Below, piece by piece: positions 35,824-44,516 of a DNA stretch of 64,000 nt (position 1 is its first letter; every line of letters starts with the position of its first letter). The stretch is from Candidatus Micrarchaeia archaeon (lineage in GTDB: Archaea; Micrarchaeota; Micrarchaeia; Anstonellales; J096): assembly GCA_041500405.1 (NCBI GenBank), contig JBGQMB010000001.1:9490-73489 (forward strand). The letters run 5' to 3'. The position numbers and the translations under genes were made by a program. The notes beneath the pieces were generated by a model. The model made no database searches, had not been told where the DNA came from, and saw only the letters and a list, made by a program, of their open reading frames with translations.

Positions 35824-36107
35824 CCTGCCATCTCCCTCATGAACTGCCCCCTCATCCCGTGGCTCACGAATCCCTTAGCCGCGGACAGGCATTTTGCGCC
35901 CTTTGACGTTATTGTGTAGCAGACCTTCCTGCCTTTTTTGCCCCTTGATATGAGCCCCTCCTTTGACATTGAAGACAGGAGCGGATATATCCTTGACGCC
36001 TTTATGTATCCCATGCCCATCGCATTCAGGTCCTTCATTATTGCGTAGCCGTGGGCGGAGCCCCTGCCCATTATCCAGAGCACGACAATGGTGTGCTTCA
36101 TGCGCAT
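35805..36107 (-). CDS. PadR-family transcriptional regulator
   Basis: Winged-helix SAHGYAIMKDL...YPLLSSMSKEGLISR typical of PadR. Start set at MRMKH (36107); the track ORF extends to 36164. Overlaps the ABC ATPase gene by about 19 nt. Confidence 0.65.
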   Translation of the reverse strand: MRMKHTIVVLWIMGRGSAHGYAIMKDLNAMGMGYIKASRIYPLLSSMSKEGLISRGKKGRKVCYTITSKGAKCLSAAKGFVSHGMRGQFMREMAGCTSTR

Positions 36108-36257
36108 GACTTTCCGCACGAAGCCTATGCCGAGCTTCCCGCCTTTGGGCATGCGTATATCCATAATTGGATATATCTTGGATTTGATATATAAACCTTT
36201 GCCTTTTTTTGCGTCGATAGCTTAAGGGTTATAAATCTATGATAGGATATCATTCCG

Positions 36258-36953
36258 ATGCCAATGGCGGAATCAAGGCCGTATGTGATAAGGTCCATAG
36301 ACAGGATAGGGGACATAAAGGTGTTCCGGCTTTTCCCTGAAGACGGAAAGCCGGTTGCGTTCCTGCCTGGCCAATTCGTTAGCCTCTTTAAGCTGGACGA
36401 AAGGACATTGACGCGCGCATATTCTGTCGCCTCTTCTCCAGACTCGCCCCTGATGGAGCTGGCAATCCAGATAATCGGCGGGAAGTTCACGTCATATCTT
36501 GACACCCTTAAGGCCAATGACAGAATAGGGCTGATGGGGCCTTTTGGCGCCAACGGCTATTCCGGGGAAACAAAGGCGGTCATGATAGCGGCGGGGGTCG
36601 GCATAACGCCCATGGCGTCCATATGCAGGCACATCGCCTCAAAAAAGATAAAGGGCGATTTCAGGCTTTACTATTTCTGCGGGAAGAGGGAGAACGCGGC
36701 GTTCCTTCCAGAGCTTATGTCATATTCCAAGTCCGGCATCATAAAGGGCGATTTCAGGTTCACCAAGGAACCGGTTCCGGGATTCAGCCAGGAAAGGGTT
36801 AATATCAACAAGGTAATCGAGAGCCTGGGTCCCTCGTTTGCGGAATACTCGTATTACCTCTGCGGGCCTGTTGCAATGGTTAAGTCGTTCAGCGACGCAA
36901 TCATCGCAAAGGGCGTTGACAGGAAAAAGATAAAGTCCGACGCGTTCGGCTAG
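36258..36953 (+). CDS. FAD/NAD(P)-binding oxidoreductase, ferredoxin-NADP reductase-like
   Basis: FAD-binding RAYSVAS (RxYS motif), LPGQFVSL beta-barrel, NAD-binding GVGITPM. 231 aa. PyrK/hydrogenase-gamma-like. Confidence 0.65.
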   Translation: MPMAESRPYVIRSIDRIGDIKVFRLFPEDGKPVAFLPGQFVSLFKLDERTLTRAYSVASSPDSPLMELAIQIIGGKFTSYLDTLKANDRIGLMGPFGANGYSGETKAVMIAAGVGITPMASICRHIASKKIKGDFRLYYFCGKRENAAFLPELMSYSKSGIIKGDFRFTKEPVPGFSQERVNINKVIESLGPSFAEYSYYLCGPVAMVKSFSDAIIAKGVDRKKIKSDAFG

Positions 36954-36993
36954 AGCGAGAAAATAAAGTAGGAAATATTGGCCCTGGGCTGCG

Positions 36994-37827
36994 ATGGATT
37001 TTAAAACTGTTATAATACCACTTAATATGTGGTTTATAATGGCACTCAGAACCAAAGAATCGGCAACAGGACCATGCACGGCGCCCTCGGGCATTTGCAA
37101 ATTCAAGAACGCAACTGAAATCGGAAAAAATGCATCCGCAACCAAGAGCATGCTTCATACAAAATTCGGCCTGGCAATATGGAGAAGGAATCTGGATTCT
37201 GCAACCAGGTGCATTGCGGACGGGGCCGACCCCAATGCGATGTTTGATGGCATTCCGGACGCAATCAACCAGGGCCTATGGACGATGTTCTCCTATGCAT
37301 GCCATCATGCGTTGTCTGAAAATGACGCCCATATAGTGAGGGCGATGCTTGAAAGGTGCAGGGGCGTGGGCATCAACGCAATCGACATCGAAGGCAAAAC
37401 CCCGTTGATGCTGGCATTGGAAAATTCCAACAAGGAGGTTGCCGGGCTGATACTGAAATACGATGTGGACGTCAGAATAAAGGACAATGAAGGCAAGACT
37501 GCCCTGGTTCACGCAATCAAGAACTGCAACGGCATTGGTATCATTGCCATGATTCTTGAAAAAGGCGCGGATGCCAATGCAACCGACAACTGCGGCAGGA
37601 CGCCGATGATGTGGGCTTCTGATTCGGAGTGCGCCGCGGCGCTTATTGCCAGCAGAGCAGAAATGAATGCAAGGGACGCCAACGGCAGGTCCGTGCTTGG
37701 CCATGCTATCGGAAGCCTCGAGTTCTGCAAGGCATGCCTCCATTCCGAACTTGAATATTACATCGAAATGGTGGAGAGTTATGGCAAACTGGTTGATTTC
37801 CTAAAAGGCGCAGGCGCAAGGGAATAA
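36994..37827 (+). CDS. ankyrin-repeat protein
   Basis: At least 4 ANK repeats (GKTPLMLALENSNKEVAGLILKYDVDVRIKDNEGKTALVHAIKN; GADANATDNCGRTPMMWAS; ARDANGRSVLGHAI). N-terminal about 60 aa uncertain; start may be later. Confidence 0.7.
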   Translation: MDFKTVIIPLNMWFIMALRTKESATGPCTAPSGICKFKNATEIGKNASATKSMLHTKFGLAIWRRNLDSATRCIADGADPNAMFDGIPDAINQGLWTMFSYACHHALSENDAHIVRAMLERCRGVGINAIDIEGKTPLMLALENSNKEVAGLILKYDVDVRIKDNEGKTALVHAIKNCNGIGIIAMILEKGADANATDNCGRTPMMWASDSECAAALIASRAEMNARDANGRSVLGHAIGSLEFCKACLHSELEYYIEMVESYGKLVDFLKGAGARE

Positions 37828-37835
37828 TAGCGGCA

Positions 37836-38924
37836 TCATATCGAGAAAACAAGGTACGGAATTATTATTGAGCCGAGCAGCGCCGTTTTCTCGTCGTAGA
37901 ATTTGTTTCCCACTGCAAAAGACGCCAGCATCAGCGCCGCGCCTGCCAGCCCGGATGTCGCAATGACAACAAGCGATATTGCCGCGGCAGCCAGGGCATA
38001 CCCAAGCCTGCCCCTGCTGATTGTCCTGAAAATATTCTCTGCGACCGCAACCACAATCAGCGCGCCTGCGACATAGCCCATCACGAACCAGATTTCGTTT
38101 CCTTTCACGATGTCCGCAATCTGGATGGTCGCGCCCACGCGCGGGGCCCCGACATCCAAGCCGGAAAAGCTCATGAAATACTGGGACGCGGAGAACGAGG
38201 AAAAGAAGGACAGCATGGAAATGTCCTTCAGCATCGGATATGCAAACGCGCCCATTGCAGACGGCGCGCCCACTGCCGGAATTCCGAAGGAGACAAGCGC
38301 AAGCAGGACGCCAAGAATTGCACCCTTCGCCATTTCCTTGGAGTTTGGCATGCGGATGCTCTGCTGGACCGGCTTTTCCGTCCTTCCAAGCATTCCTCCG
38401 ATGAGGAACGGAAGCGCAAAAAGGCCAGTGAAAATCGCCATGAACGGGTTGTCCAGATGAAAAGATATGCCGATGTAGCCGATTGCGCCTGAAAGAAGCA
38501 ATCCAATGACCCAGCCGATGCGCCTGTTGAAAACCAGATTAAGGAAAAGCACAAGCAGGACAAGGTAAAACGAAACGGGCTTTAACAGGGTTGCGGCGCT
38601 TTGCACAACGCTCCCGGGAATCATCACAGAAAGAATCAATCCAATGAACCCTGCGCCAAGCCAGCAGAAAACATACTCCCTGAGCCTGCCCTGGTTCAGG
38701 AACCTGTGCACAAGCGGAAGGGCTATGCCTGCCTCCCCTGGCGAGTAGGCGTAGATTATGGTCTGGATGATGACAAGCGCTGAAAAGGACCCGTACATCA
38801 GCATAAGCGCCTCGGGCGGCAGGATGCCCTCCGTAAGGCTCAAAATAAGCGAGATATGCACCCCTGGCAAGAACGAGAAAAGAACGACCAATGCCAGACC
38901 AATGGCAAGGTCCACTGCAGCCAT
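37836..38924 (-). CDS. polytopic membrane protein, unknown function
   Basis: 362 aa, about 10-11 hydrophobic helices. No family recognised. Confidence 0.5.
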   Translation of the reverse strand: MAAVDLAIGLALVVLFSFLPGVHISLILSLTEGILPPEALMLMYGSFSALVIIQTIIYAYSPGEAGIALPLVHRFLNQGRLREYVFCWLGAGFIGLILSVMIPGSVVQSAATLLKPVSFYLVLLVLFLNLVFNRRIGWVIGLLLSGAIGYIGISFHLDNPFMAIFTGLFALPFLIGGMLGRTEKPVQQSIRMPNSKEMAKGAILGVLLALVSFGIPAVGAPSAMGAFAYPMLKDISMLSFFSSFSASQYFMSFSGLDVGAPRVGATIQIADIVKGNEIWFVMGYVAGALIVVAVAENIFRTISRGRLGYALAAAAISLVVIATSGLAGAALMLASFAVGNKFYDEKTALLGSIIIPYLVFSI

Positions 38925-38976
38925 GAATCAGATTGGCGCAGCCTGATTTTTAACCCCTTCGCCGTACAATAAAGGC

Positions 38977-39465
38977 ATGCAGCAGCGCCAGAAGGAAAAG
39001 GAGCATGGCCGTTTCAGGAAAAAGGCAATGCACCTGCTGGAATCAGGCAAAAGGTCAGTAAAGAGGATACTCACGCTCTCAAAGAAGAGCAAGGAGCTGG
39101 ATGAGGCGCTCATCGTCTCCGCATGTAATGGCAACAACGTGGGAGTAATGCGGCTAATCAGGGCAGGAGCAAATATCGCAGCAAGGGATAACGAAGACAG
39201 GACAACAGCCCTGTTATGGGCCGCACGGAATGGATACACTAAAACCTGCGCCCTGCTTATCTCAGAATATACAAAAGCCAACGGAAACATAAAGAGACTG
39301 ATTGCAGCAAAGGACAATAAAGGCAGAACAGCTACGAAATGGGCCGCACGGAACGGACACACCCAAATTGTTCAGTTGTTCGATTCCATGGAAAACATGC
39401 AGGAAAGCATGGGCAAGGAAGCGTTCAGCTCATTCCTTTCCGCTTTCAATGAATGCGTTTCCTGA
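38977..39465 (+). CDS. ankyrin-repeat protein
   Basis: ANK repeats LIVSACNGNNVGVMRLIRAGANIAARDNEDRTTALLWAARNGYTKTCALLI and KDNKGRTATKWAARNGHTQIVQLF. 162 aa. Followed by the hairpin GGGCT-TTTTAAACA-AGCCC. Confidence 0.7.
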   Translation: MQQRQKEKEHGRFRKKAMHLLESGKRSVKRILTLSKKSKELDEALIVSACNGNNVGVMRLIRAGANIAARDNEDRTTALLWAARNGYTKTCALLISEYTKANGNIKRLIAAKDNKGRTATKWAARNGHTQIVQLFDSMENMQESMGKEAFSSFLSAFNECVS

Positions 39466-39584
39466 CCCCCAAACGGGCTTTTTAAACAGCCCTTCCGTCT
39501 AAGTGGTATTCCAAGCTCACCCCCGCCCTTTTTATAATGTTTGTAGCTAAAAATAGCTTGTCAAAGTTTAATTTACGGTGAAAC

Positions 39585-40280
39585 ATGATGCCCAAAAGGT
39601 ATGAAGAGATTGGCCAGTTCCTGGCCAACGACGCCGTGAGGAAAGAACTCATAAACTGCGCAGGCGAGAACGCGATAGACATACTCAAATTGCTGGGCAA
39701 GGAAACCGAAGACGAGAAAATCGCCAATGTCCTCAAGCTGAAGGTCAGCGACGTCCGCTCCGTCTTAAACAGGCTGAACGAGATAGGCATCGCCTTCTAT
39801 GACAGGACCAAGAACGAGGACACGGGCTGGTACTACTACAACTGGTCGGTGGACATGAACAAGTTCAGGGGCTGGGTGAACAGCACGCTCAGGAACCAGG
39901 ACGCAAGGATAAAGTACGCGTACCTCATTGAGGATGAGCATTATTACTGCCCGCAATGCGGGATAGGGACAAGCTTTGCGTTCCATGACGCGGCTGATTT
40001 GGTGTTCAAGTGCCCGTCCTGCACAAACACGCTGGAGCTTATAGAAAGCGGGGTTTTGGACAGGTATTTTGGCAGGCCAAAGAAGCTGACAGTCATGCTG
40101 CCCCCGGTTGTGCATGAGCATAGGCACGTTCCGTCCGGGCCGAAGCACGAAAAAAAGCCGCACCTTGTAAAGCACACGGCAAAGGCCCACAAGGCTGCCG
40201 CTAAAAAAGCCGTTAAAAAAGCAGTGAAGAAAAAGGCTAAATTCTCAGCCAAGAAAAAGGCAAAGAAAAGGAAAAGATGA
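39585..40280 (+). CDS. tfe: transcription factor E (TFE/TFIIE-alpha homolog) with Lys/Ala-rich C-terminal tail
   Basis: N-terminal winged helix. C4 zinc ribbon CPQCG...CPSCTN. C-terminal tail HTAKAHKAAAKKAVKKAVKKKAKFSAKKKAKKRKR. 231 aa versus about 170-180 typical. Confidence 0.65.
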   Translation: MMPKRYEEIGQFLANDAVRKELINCAGENAIDILKLLGKETEDEKIANVLKLKVSDVRSVLNRLNEIGIAFYDRTKNEDTGWYYYNWSVDMNKFRGWVNSTLRNQDARIKYAYLIEDEHYYCPQCGIGTSFAFHDAADLVFKCPSCTNTLELIESGVLDRYFGRPKKLTVMLPPVVHEHRHVPSGPKHEKKPHLVKHTAKAHKAAAKKAVKKAVKKKAKFSAKKKAKKRKR

Positions 40281-40286
40281 TTGCCT

Positions 40287-41369
40287 TTAGCCTGTTCCGT
40301 TCATCGCTGTCTCATTGCTAAGGCAATCTGTTTTCATGGTCCCGTTAGCTATCCTTTCGCAGTATGCCGGGTCCTTCTTGTCCATTACCTTGCCGAAATA
40401 GTACCAGCACTGGTCCTTTTCGCTTCCTGAAAGCAGCGGGCACGCGTTCGGGTTCTTGGTCCCTGTCATATAGTCCAGGATGCAGAGTGAGAAGTTCGAC
40501 GTTTTCCTGCACAGCTCAGGCATGCGGTACTCCATTGCCAGGGTTATCATGCCGGTGTCCGAGGAAACGTTGTTGTATGCCTTCCAGAACTGCGAGAAAG
40601 AATAGAAAAGCGCCTTGAACTCCGTGTCATTGACAACAGAGGGGGATTCTATTTCGCTTGAAGACCTCGCAAAGGACGTGACGTTTGTGCTTTCGGAGTA
40701 TCCCTGCCCCAAATAAGTGTAATCAAGGCTGTCAAAAACCCTCATTCCGTCCGATTCTCCGAAAGCCATCCTTTCATTGAATGAAAGCACGCTTATCAGC
40801 GGTGACGTTGGCGAGATGTAAAGCATTGAAAGCTCCTCCCCGCTAAGGTCCTTGAGAGAAAATCTCATTGCAAAGGCGCTTCCTTTGCTGTCGTTGCTGA
40901 ATTCGGTTATGTTGAGCGAGTTGTGCTCCATCAGGCCATTGTATTCCACGGAAAGCTGGCTTGCCTGCGCTTTCGTTAAAAGGACTGAGGAAAGGCTTGA
41001 GGATATGCCTGAGGACGATGTTCCCAAAACGGAGATGTTTGCAGTGCACGATGTCTGGTTCCCGAATTTCAGGCAAAGGTATTCCGTGCCGTTCTTCTTT
41101 ATTGTTGTCCAGGCATAGAACTCCGAGCCCAATGAAACGGAATAATCGCTTCCGTGCCTTGAGACGCTTACATCGGACGTCCTGTTGGACACTGACATCA
41201 CTATCGTTTCGGAATAGTCGCCTGTGCTGTTGACCAAATATATGTACCTGTTGATGCTTGCGTTGAACGCGTCCATTGCCGCATTGCCCTTGGATTCTCC
41301 GCCCAGGCATCCGAACACAAGGCACATTGCCATTGCCAAAACAATTATTTTATATCCCATCATAATCAC
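40287..41369 (-). CDS. secreted/lipoprotein-like Ser-rich hypothetical protein
   Basis: 360 aa. N-terminal MIMMGYKIIVLAMAMCLVFGC (lipobox-like). Ser/Thr/Asn-rich body with multiple Cys near the C-terminus. Confidence 0.45.
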   Translation of the reverse strand: MIMMGYKIIVLAMAMCLVFGCLGGESKGNAAMDAFNASINRYIYLVNSTGDYSETIVMSVSNRTSDVSVSRHGSDYSVSLGSEFYAWTTIKKNGTEYLCLKFGNQTSCTANISVLGTSSSGISSSLSSVLLTKAQASQLSVEYNGLMEHNSLNITEFSNDSKGSAFAMRFSLKDLSGEELSMLYISPTSPLISVLSFNERMAFGESDGMRVFDSLDYTYLGQGYSESTNVTSFARSSSEIESPSVVNDTEFKALFYSFSQFWKAYNNVSSDTGMITLAMEYRMPELCRKTSNFSLCILDYMTGTKNPNACPLLSGSEKDQCWYYFGKVMDKKDPAYCERIANGTMKTDCLSNETAMNGTG

Positions 41370-42502
41370 TTCTTTGCTGTTGAAACGATTTTGATTACAT
41401 CCAAATCCTTAATAATGTGATCCTTCGCGATTTTCATCTTGGTCCTTGCGTCTATCCCGTACAGCATGTTGTTCGCTATGTCCGTGTGGATTGTCGCCGC
41501 CAGGTCGTGCGCCGTCTTTCCCTTTTCCAGAAGCTTGACGTTTGGCAGGACGTTGCCTTTCTTGTCCGTAAGCTTTGTTTCGTCTTCCACCGGATAGGCC
41601 GTTATGTACCCAAGAAGCTCGAACGCCATTGCGTTGAGCGCCTCTGTTATCCCGGTTCCATTGTTCCTGTCCATGAATTCCTTTATCCTCGCAAGCGCGG
41701 CCTTCTGTTCATCTGTTCCATTGTTTATCGTGAATGTCCTGTCCCCCGGCATGTAGCTTATTACCCCTGCCTTTGCCGCCTTTACAAGCGCAAGCTCATA
41801 GACCCCCGAGCCGTAGATTACCGGCCTTGAGCATATTATTTCCTTCTTTCCCTTGTCAGCCTTGTTTCCGAAAACGAGTATGGGCTTGTCCTTGACTATT
41901 TGGTCTGCAAGCGCCCACGCGATTTTCTCGTCCATCCTGACCTTGCCCTTGTCTATGCCCGCCTTTTCCGCGGCGCGGAGCATCATTTCATTATCAACTT
42001 TCAATGAGGAAAGGATGTCCATAAGCTTGGCGATGTCCCTGTTCTCAAAATCCTTCCTGTTCCTGAGTATTATGCCCTTTATCCATTCCCTTAGCTCCGT
42101 TTCAATAAGCTCGACTTCCTTTGAAGGGTCGCAGTCCCCTGGATTTCCCTCCAGGTCAGACTGGCCGGACGCGTCAACCACTATGATGATTCCGTCCGCC
42201 TGCCTCATATCATCGAGGAACTGCAATCCTAATCCCTTTCCCGCGTGCGCATCAGGCACAATCCCTGCCACGTCCAGCAGCTGCGCAGGTATCAGCCTTG
42301 AGCCGCTGACGCATATCGAGTCCTGGGGATTGCATTTAACGTGAAAATCCGAGCACGGGCACGCCTTCCTCAGGTAACCCACGCCCCTGTTCGGCTCTAT
42401 GGTGGTAAACGGATAGTTTGCTATCTTTACGTCCACATGGGTTGCCGCAGAGAAGAACGTCGACTTGCCAGAGTTGGGCTTGCCCACTATTCCGATCAGC
42501 AT
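41366..42502 (-). CDS. Obg-family GTPase, YchF/OLA1-like
   Basis: G1 IGIVGKPNSGKSTFFSAAT and NYPFTTIEPN (G2 region) as in YchF. 378 aa. Confidence 0.7.
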   Translation of the reverse strand: MLIGIVGKPNSGKSTFFSAATHVDVKIANYPFTTIEPNRGVGYLRKACPCSDFHVKCNPQDSICVSGSRLIPAQLLDVAGIVPDAHAGKGLGLQFLDDMRQADGIIIVVDASGQSDLEGNPGDCDPSKEVELIETELREWIKGIILRNRKDFENRDIAKLMDILSSLKVDNEMMLRAAEKAGIDKGKVRMDEKIAWALADQIVKDKPILVFGNKADKGKKEIICSRPVIYGSGVYELALVKAAKAGVISYMPGDRTFTINNGTDEQKAALARIKEFMDRNNGTGITEALNAMAFELLGYITAYPVEDETKLTDKKGNVLPNVKLLEKGKTAHDLAATIHTDIANNMLYGIDARTKMKIAKDHIIKDLDVIKIVSTAKK

Positions 42503-42503
42503 T

Positions 42504-42734
42504 TTACTTCTTTCCCTTTTTCGGCTTTTTCTTGGCCTTTGGCTTTGCCGCCGGCTTTATGGGAACGATGACGTCCTCACTTTGTTCCTCCTTCGGGGGC
42601 GCCTTTTCCTCGCCAATCATGTCCCTCTCAACATCCTCGTTCTTCTCGAATTCAGTGACGTCGTCGGGCTCGAGCTTGATTTCGCTTGGCTCCTTTTTCC
42701 CGAAAAGCGACTTGAACCATTCTATCAGTCCCAT
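42504..42734 (-). CDS. small acidic/Lys-rich hypothetical protein upstream of the GTPase
   Basis: 76 aa. C-terminal PAAKPKAKKKPKKGKK. Ends 2 nt before the GTPase start, so likely co-transcribed. Confidence 0.4.
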   Translation of the reverse strand: MGLIEWFKSLFGKKEPSEIKLEPDDVTEFEKNEDVERDMIGEEKAPPKEEQSEDVIVPIKPAAKPKAKKKPKKGKK

Positions 42735-42816
42735 TCTACCACCTTCTGAAATGTAGGCTACTTGTATTTATAAATTTTGCCGTTTTCCTAGAAGTTGCAG
42801 GCTATTTTTAATTGCT

Positions 42817-43176
42817 TTGGCGCATTGGGGTTGCATGCAGAAAGAGAATCCTTTGGCTGGGCCGGAACCAGTGAAAAAGGAGATAATGGCCGCGCTTTCA
42901 ACGGTCATAGACCCGGAAATCGGCATAGACATCGTCAACCTGGGTCTGGTTTACGGCGTTGAGGTTGATTTAAAGAACAGCAAGGCAACGGTCCGCTTGA
43001 CAATGACAACGCCGGCCTGCCCGCTCATGGGCGTCATCCTTTCTGACATCGAAAAGGCGCTCGGCGAAGTCAAGTCAGTGAAGGACATAATAGTCAAGCT
43101 TGTCTGGGACCCGCCATGGGACCAAAACAGGATGAGCGAAAGGGCGAAGATGATGCTTGGCGCGCCGAAACCCTAG
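42817..43176 (+). CDS. MIP18/DUF59-family Fe-S cluster assembly protein
   Basis: IMAALSTVIDPEIGIDIVNLGLVYGVEVD...TMTTPACPLMGVI is the DUF59 signature with the conserved Cys. Start may be an internal Met. Confidence 0.7.
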   Translation: MAHWGCMQKENPLAGPEPVKKEIMAALSTVIDPEIGIDIVNLGLVYGVEVDLKNSKATVRLTMTTPACPLMGVILSDIEKALGEVKSVKDIIVKLVWDPPWDQNRMSERAKMMLGAPKP

Positions 43177-43769
43177 ACGCGCTTGAACGCAATGAGCCCG
43201 CCCTGGACCCTTGCAAACCTGTAATTGAGGATTAAGTATTTTTTCTGGATAAGGCTTCCGCCGCTTTCTATATTCGCCCTTATGTCGCCTTCAGGAAGCT
43301 CGCCGCACATGCCGACCGCGTACTCAAGCCCGTTCCTTTTTGCCTCCCTTTCCCTTTCCTCTATGAGCATCTCTATTATGCCCTTGCCCTGGTACTCGTT
43401 CAGCACCGCGGTCTCCTCCATGTAAAGCGCGTTTGCGGCCTGGCCGGTGTCAAGCGTCTTTTCAGACCTGTCGAAAAACACGGGCCACGCAAGGCCAACC
43501 CCGACTATGAACTTCTCCACGCACGCGCCGTAGCTGTGGCCTTCGGCAATGATGTCCTTTATCTGCTTCACTTCCCTTGTCCCTATCTCGAAAAGGGCGC
43601 TTCTCATCAGCTTGACGACCTCCTCAAGGTCTTCCTCATCAAGGCGCTTTATCTCGGCGCTTTCGTTGCTCGCTATTTCCAGGTCCTCAAGCAGCGCCCT
43701 CCTTTTCAGCGCGGACGGCGGGGCAAGCGCCTTGTGCCTTTCCTCCTTTTCCTTCTCCTGCTGGACCAT
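43173..43769 (-). CDS. GNAT-family N-acetyltransferase
   Basis: Acetyl-CoA-binding motif NEYQGKGIIEMLIEEREREAKRNG (Q/RxxGxG/A pattern) and GNAT beta-strands. Acidic N-terminal extension. Confidence 0.55.
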   Translation of the reverse strand: MVQQEKEKEERHKALAPPSALKRRALLEDLEIASNESAEIKRLDEEDLEEVVKLMRSALFEIGTREVKQIKDIIAEGHSYGACVEKFIVGVGLAWPVFFDRSEKTLDTGQAANALYMEETAVLNEYQGKGIIEMLIEEREREAKRNGLEYAVGMCGELPEGDIRANIESGGSLIQKKYLILNYRFARVQGGLIAFKRV

Positions 43770-43821
43770 GTTTTTTTGTGGAACTGTTTTGTTTTAAAAC
43801 GTTGCCCTGCCCCAAACTATC

Positions 43822-44475
43822 ATGAAGGAGATTTTTCCCGGCGTCTTTGCGGACGGAAGGAGGATATTCACCATAAACGCAGTGCCGGGCAAGAGCGTGT
43901 ACGGGGAAAAGCTCGTCCGCCAGGGAAGCGTCGAGTTCCGCGAGTGGGACCCTTTCAGGAGCAAGCTGTGCGGGGCGCTCAGGAAGGGGCTGAAGACATT
44001 CCCGTTTTCCAGGACCAGCAAGGTCCTTTACCTTGGCGCGTCAACCGGAACGACTGTAAGTCACCTTTCAGACATTGCGGAAGAAGGGGAAATCTACGCG
44101 GTTGAGATGGCGCCGGTAATGGGCGAAAGGCTGATGGAACTGGCTGAAAAAAGGCAGAACATAGTGCCCATAATCGCCGATGCAAGGAAGCCGGACGAGT
44201 ATGCGGAAATACCTGAAGTTGACGTCGTGTACCAGGACGTGGCCCAGCCGGACCAGGACAGGATTCTTGCGATAAACGCAAGGCAGTTCCTGAAAAAGGG
44301 CGGAATTGCGATGCTGTGCGTTAAGAGCCAGAGCATAGACGTGACAATGGACCCGAAGAAGGTGTTTGCGATGGTTGAAAAGTCCCTTTCTTCTGATTTT
44401 GAGATAGTTGAAAAGTTTTATTTGGAGCCGTATGACAAGGAGCACGAGTTCCTTGTGCTGAGGCTGAAGGGATAG
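43822..44475 (+). CDS. flpA: fibrillarin-like rRNA/tRNA 2-prime-O-methyltransferase
   Basis: EFREWDPFRSKLCGAL and VLYLGASTGTTVSHLSDI (SAM motif I). 217 aa. Canonical archaeal fibrillarin. Confidence 0.9.
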   Translation: MKEIFPGVFADGRRIFTINAVPGKSVYGEKLVRQGSVEFREWDPFRSKLCGALRKGLKTFPFSRTSKVLYLGASTGTTVSHLSDIAEEGEIYAVEMAPVMGERLMELAEKRQNIVPIIADARKPDEYAEIPEVDVVYQDVAQPDQDRILAINARQFLKKGGIAMLCVKSQSIDVTMDPKKVFAMVEKSLSSDFEIVEKFYLEPYDKEHEFLVLRLKG

Positions 44476-44516
44476 AGCAGTTCCATTAAAAAACCCCTTT
44501 ATCCACAAATAAGCAC

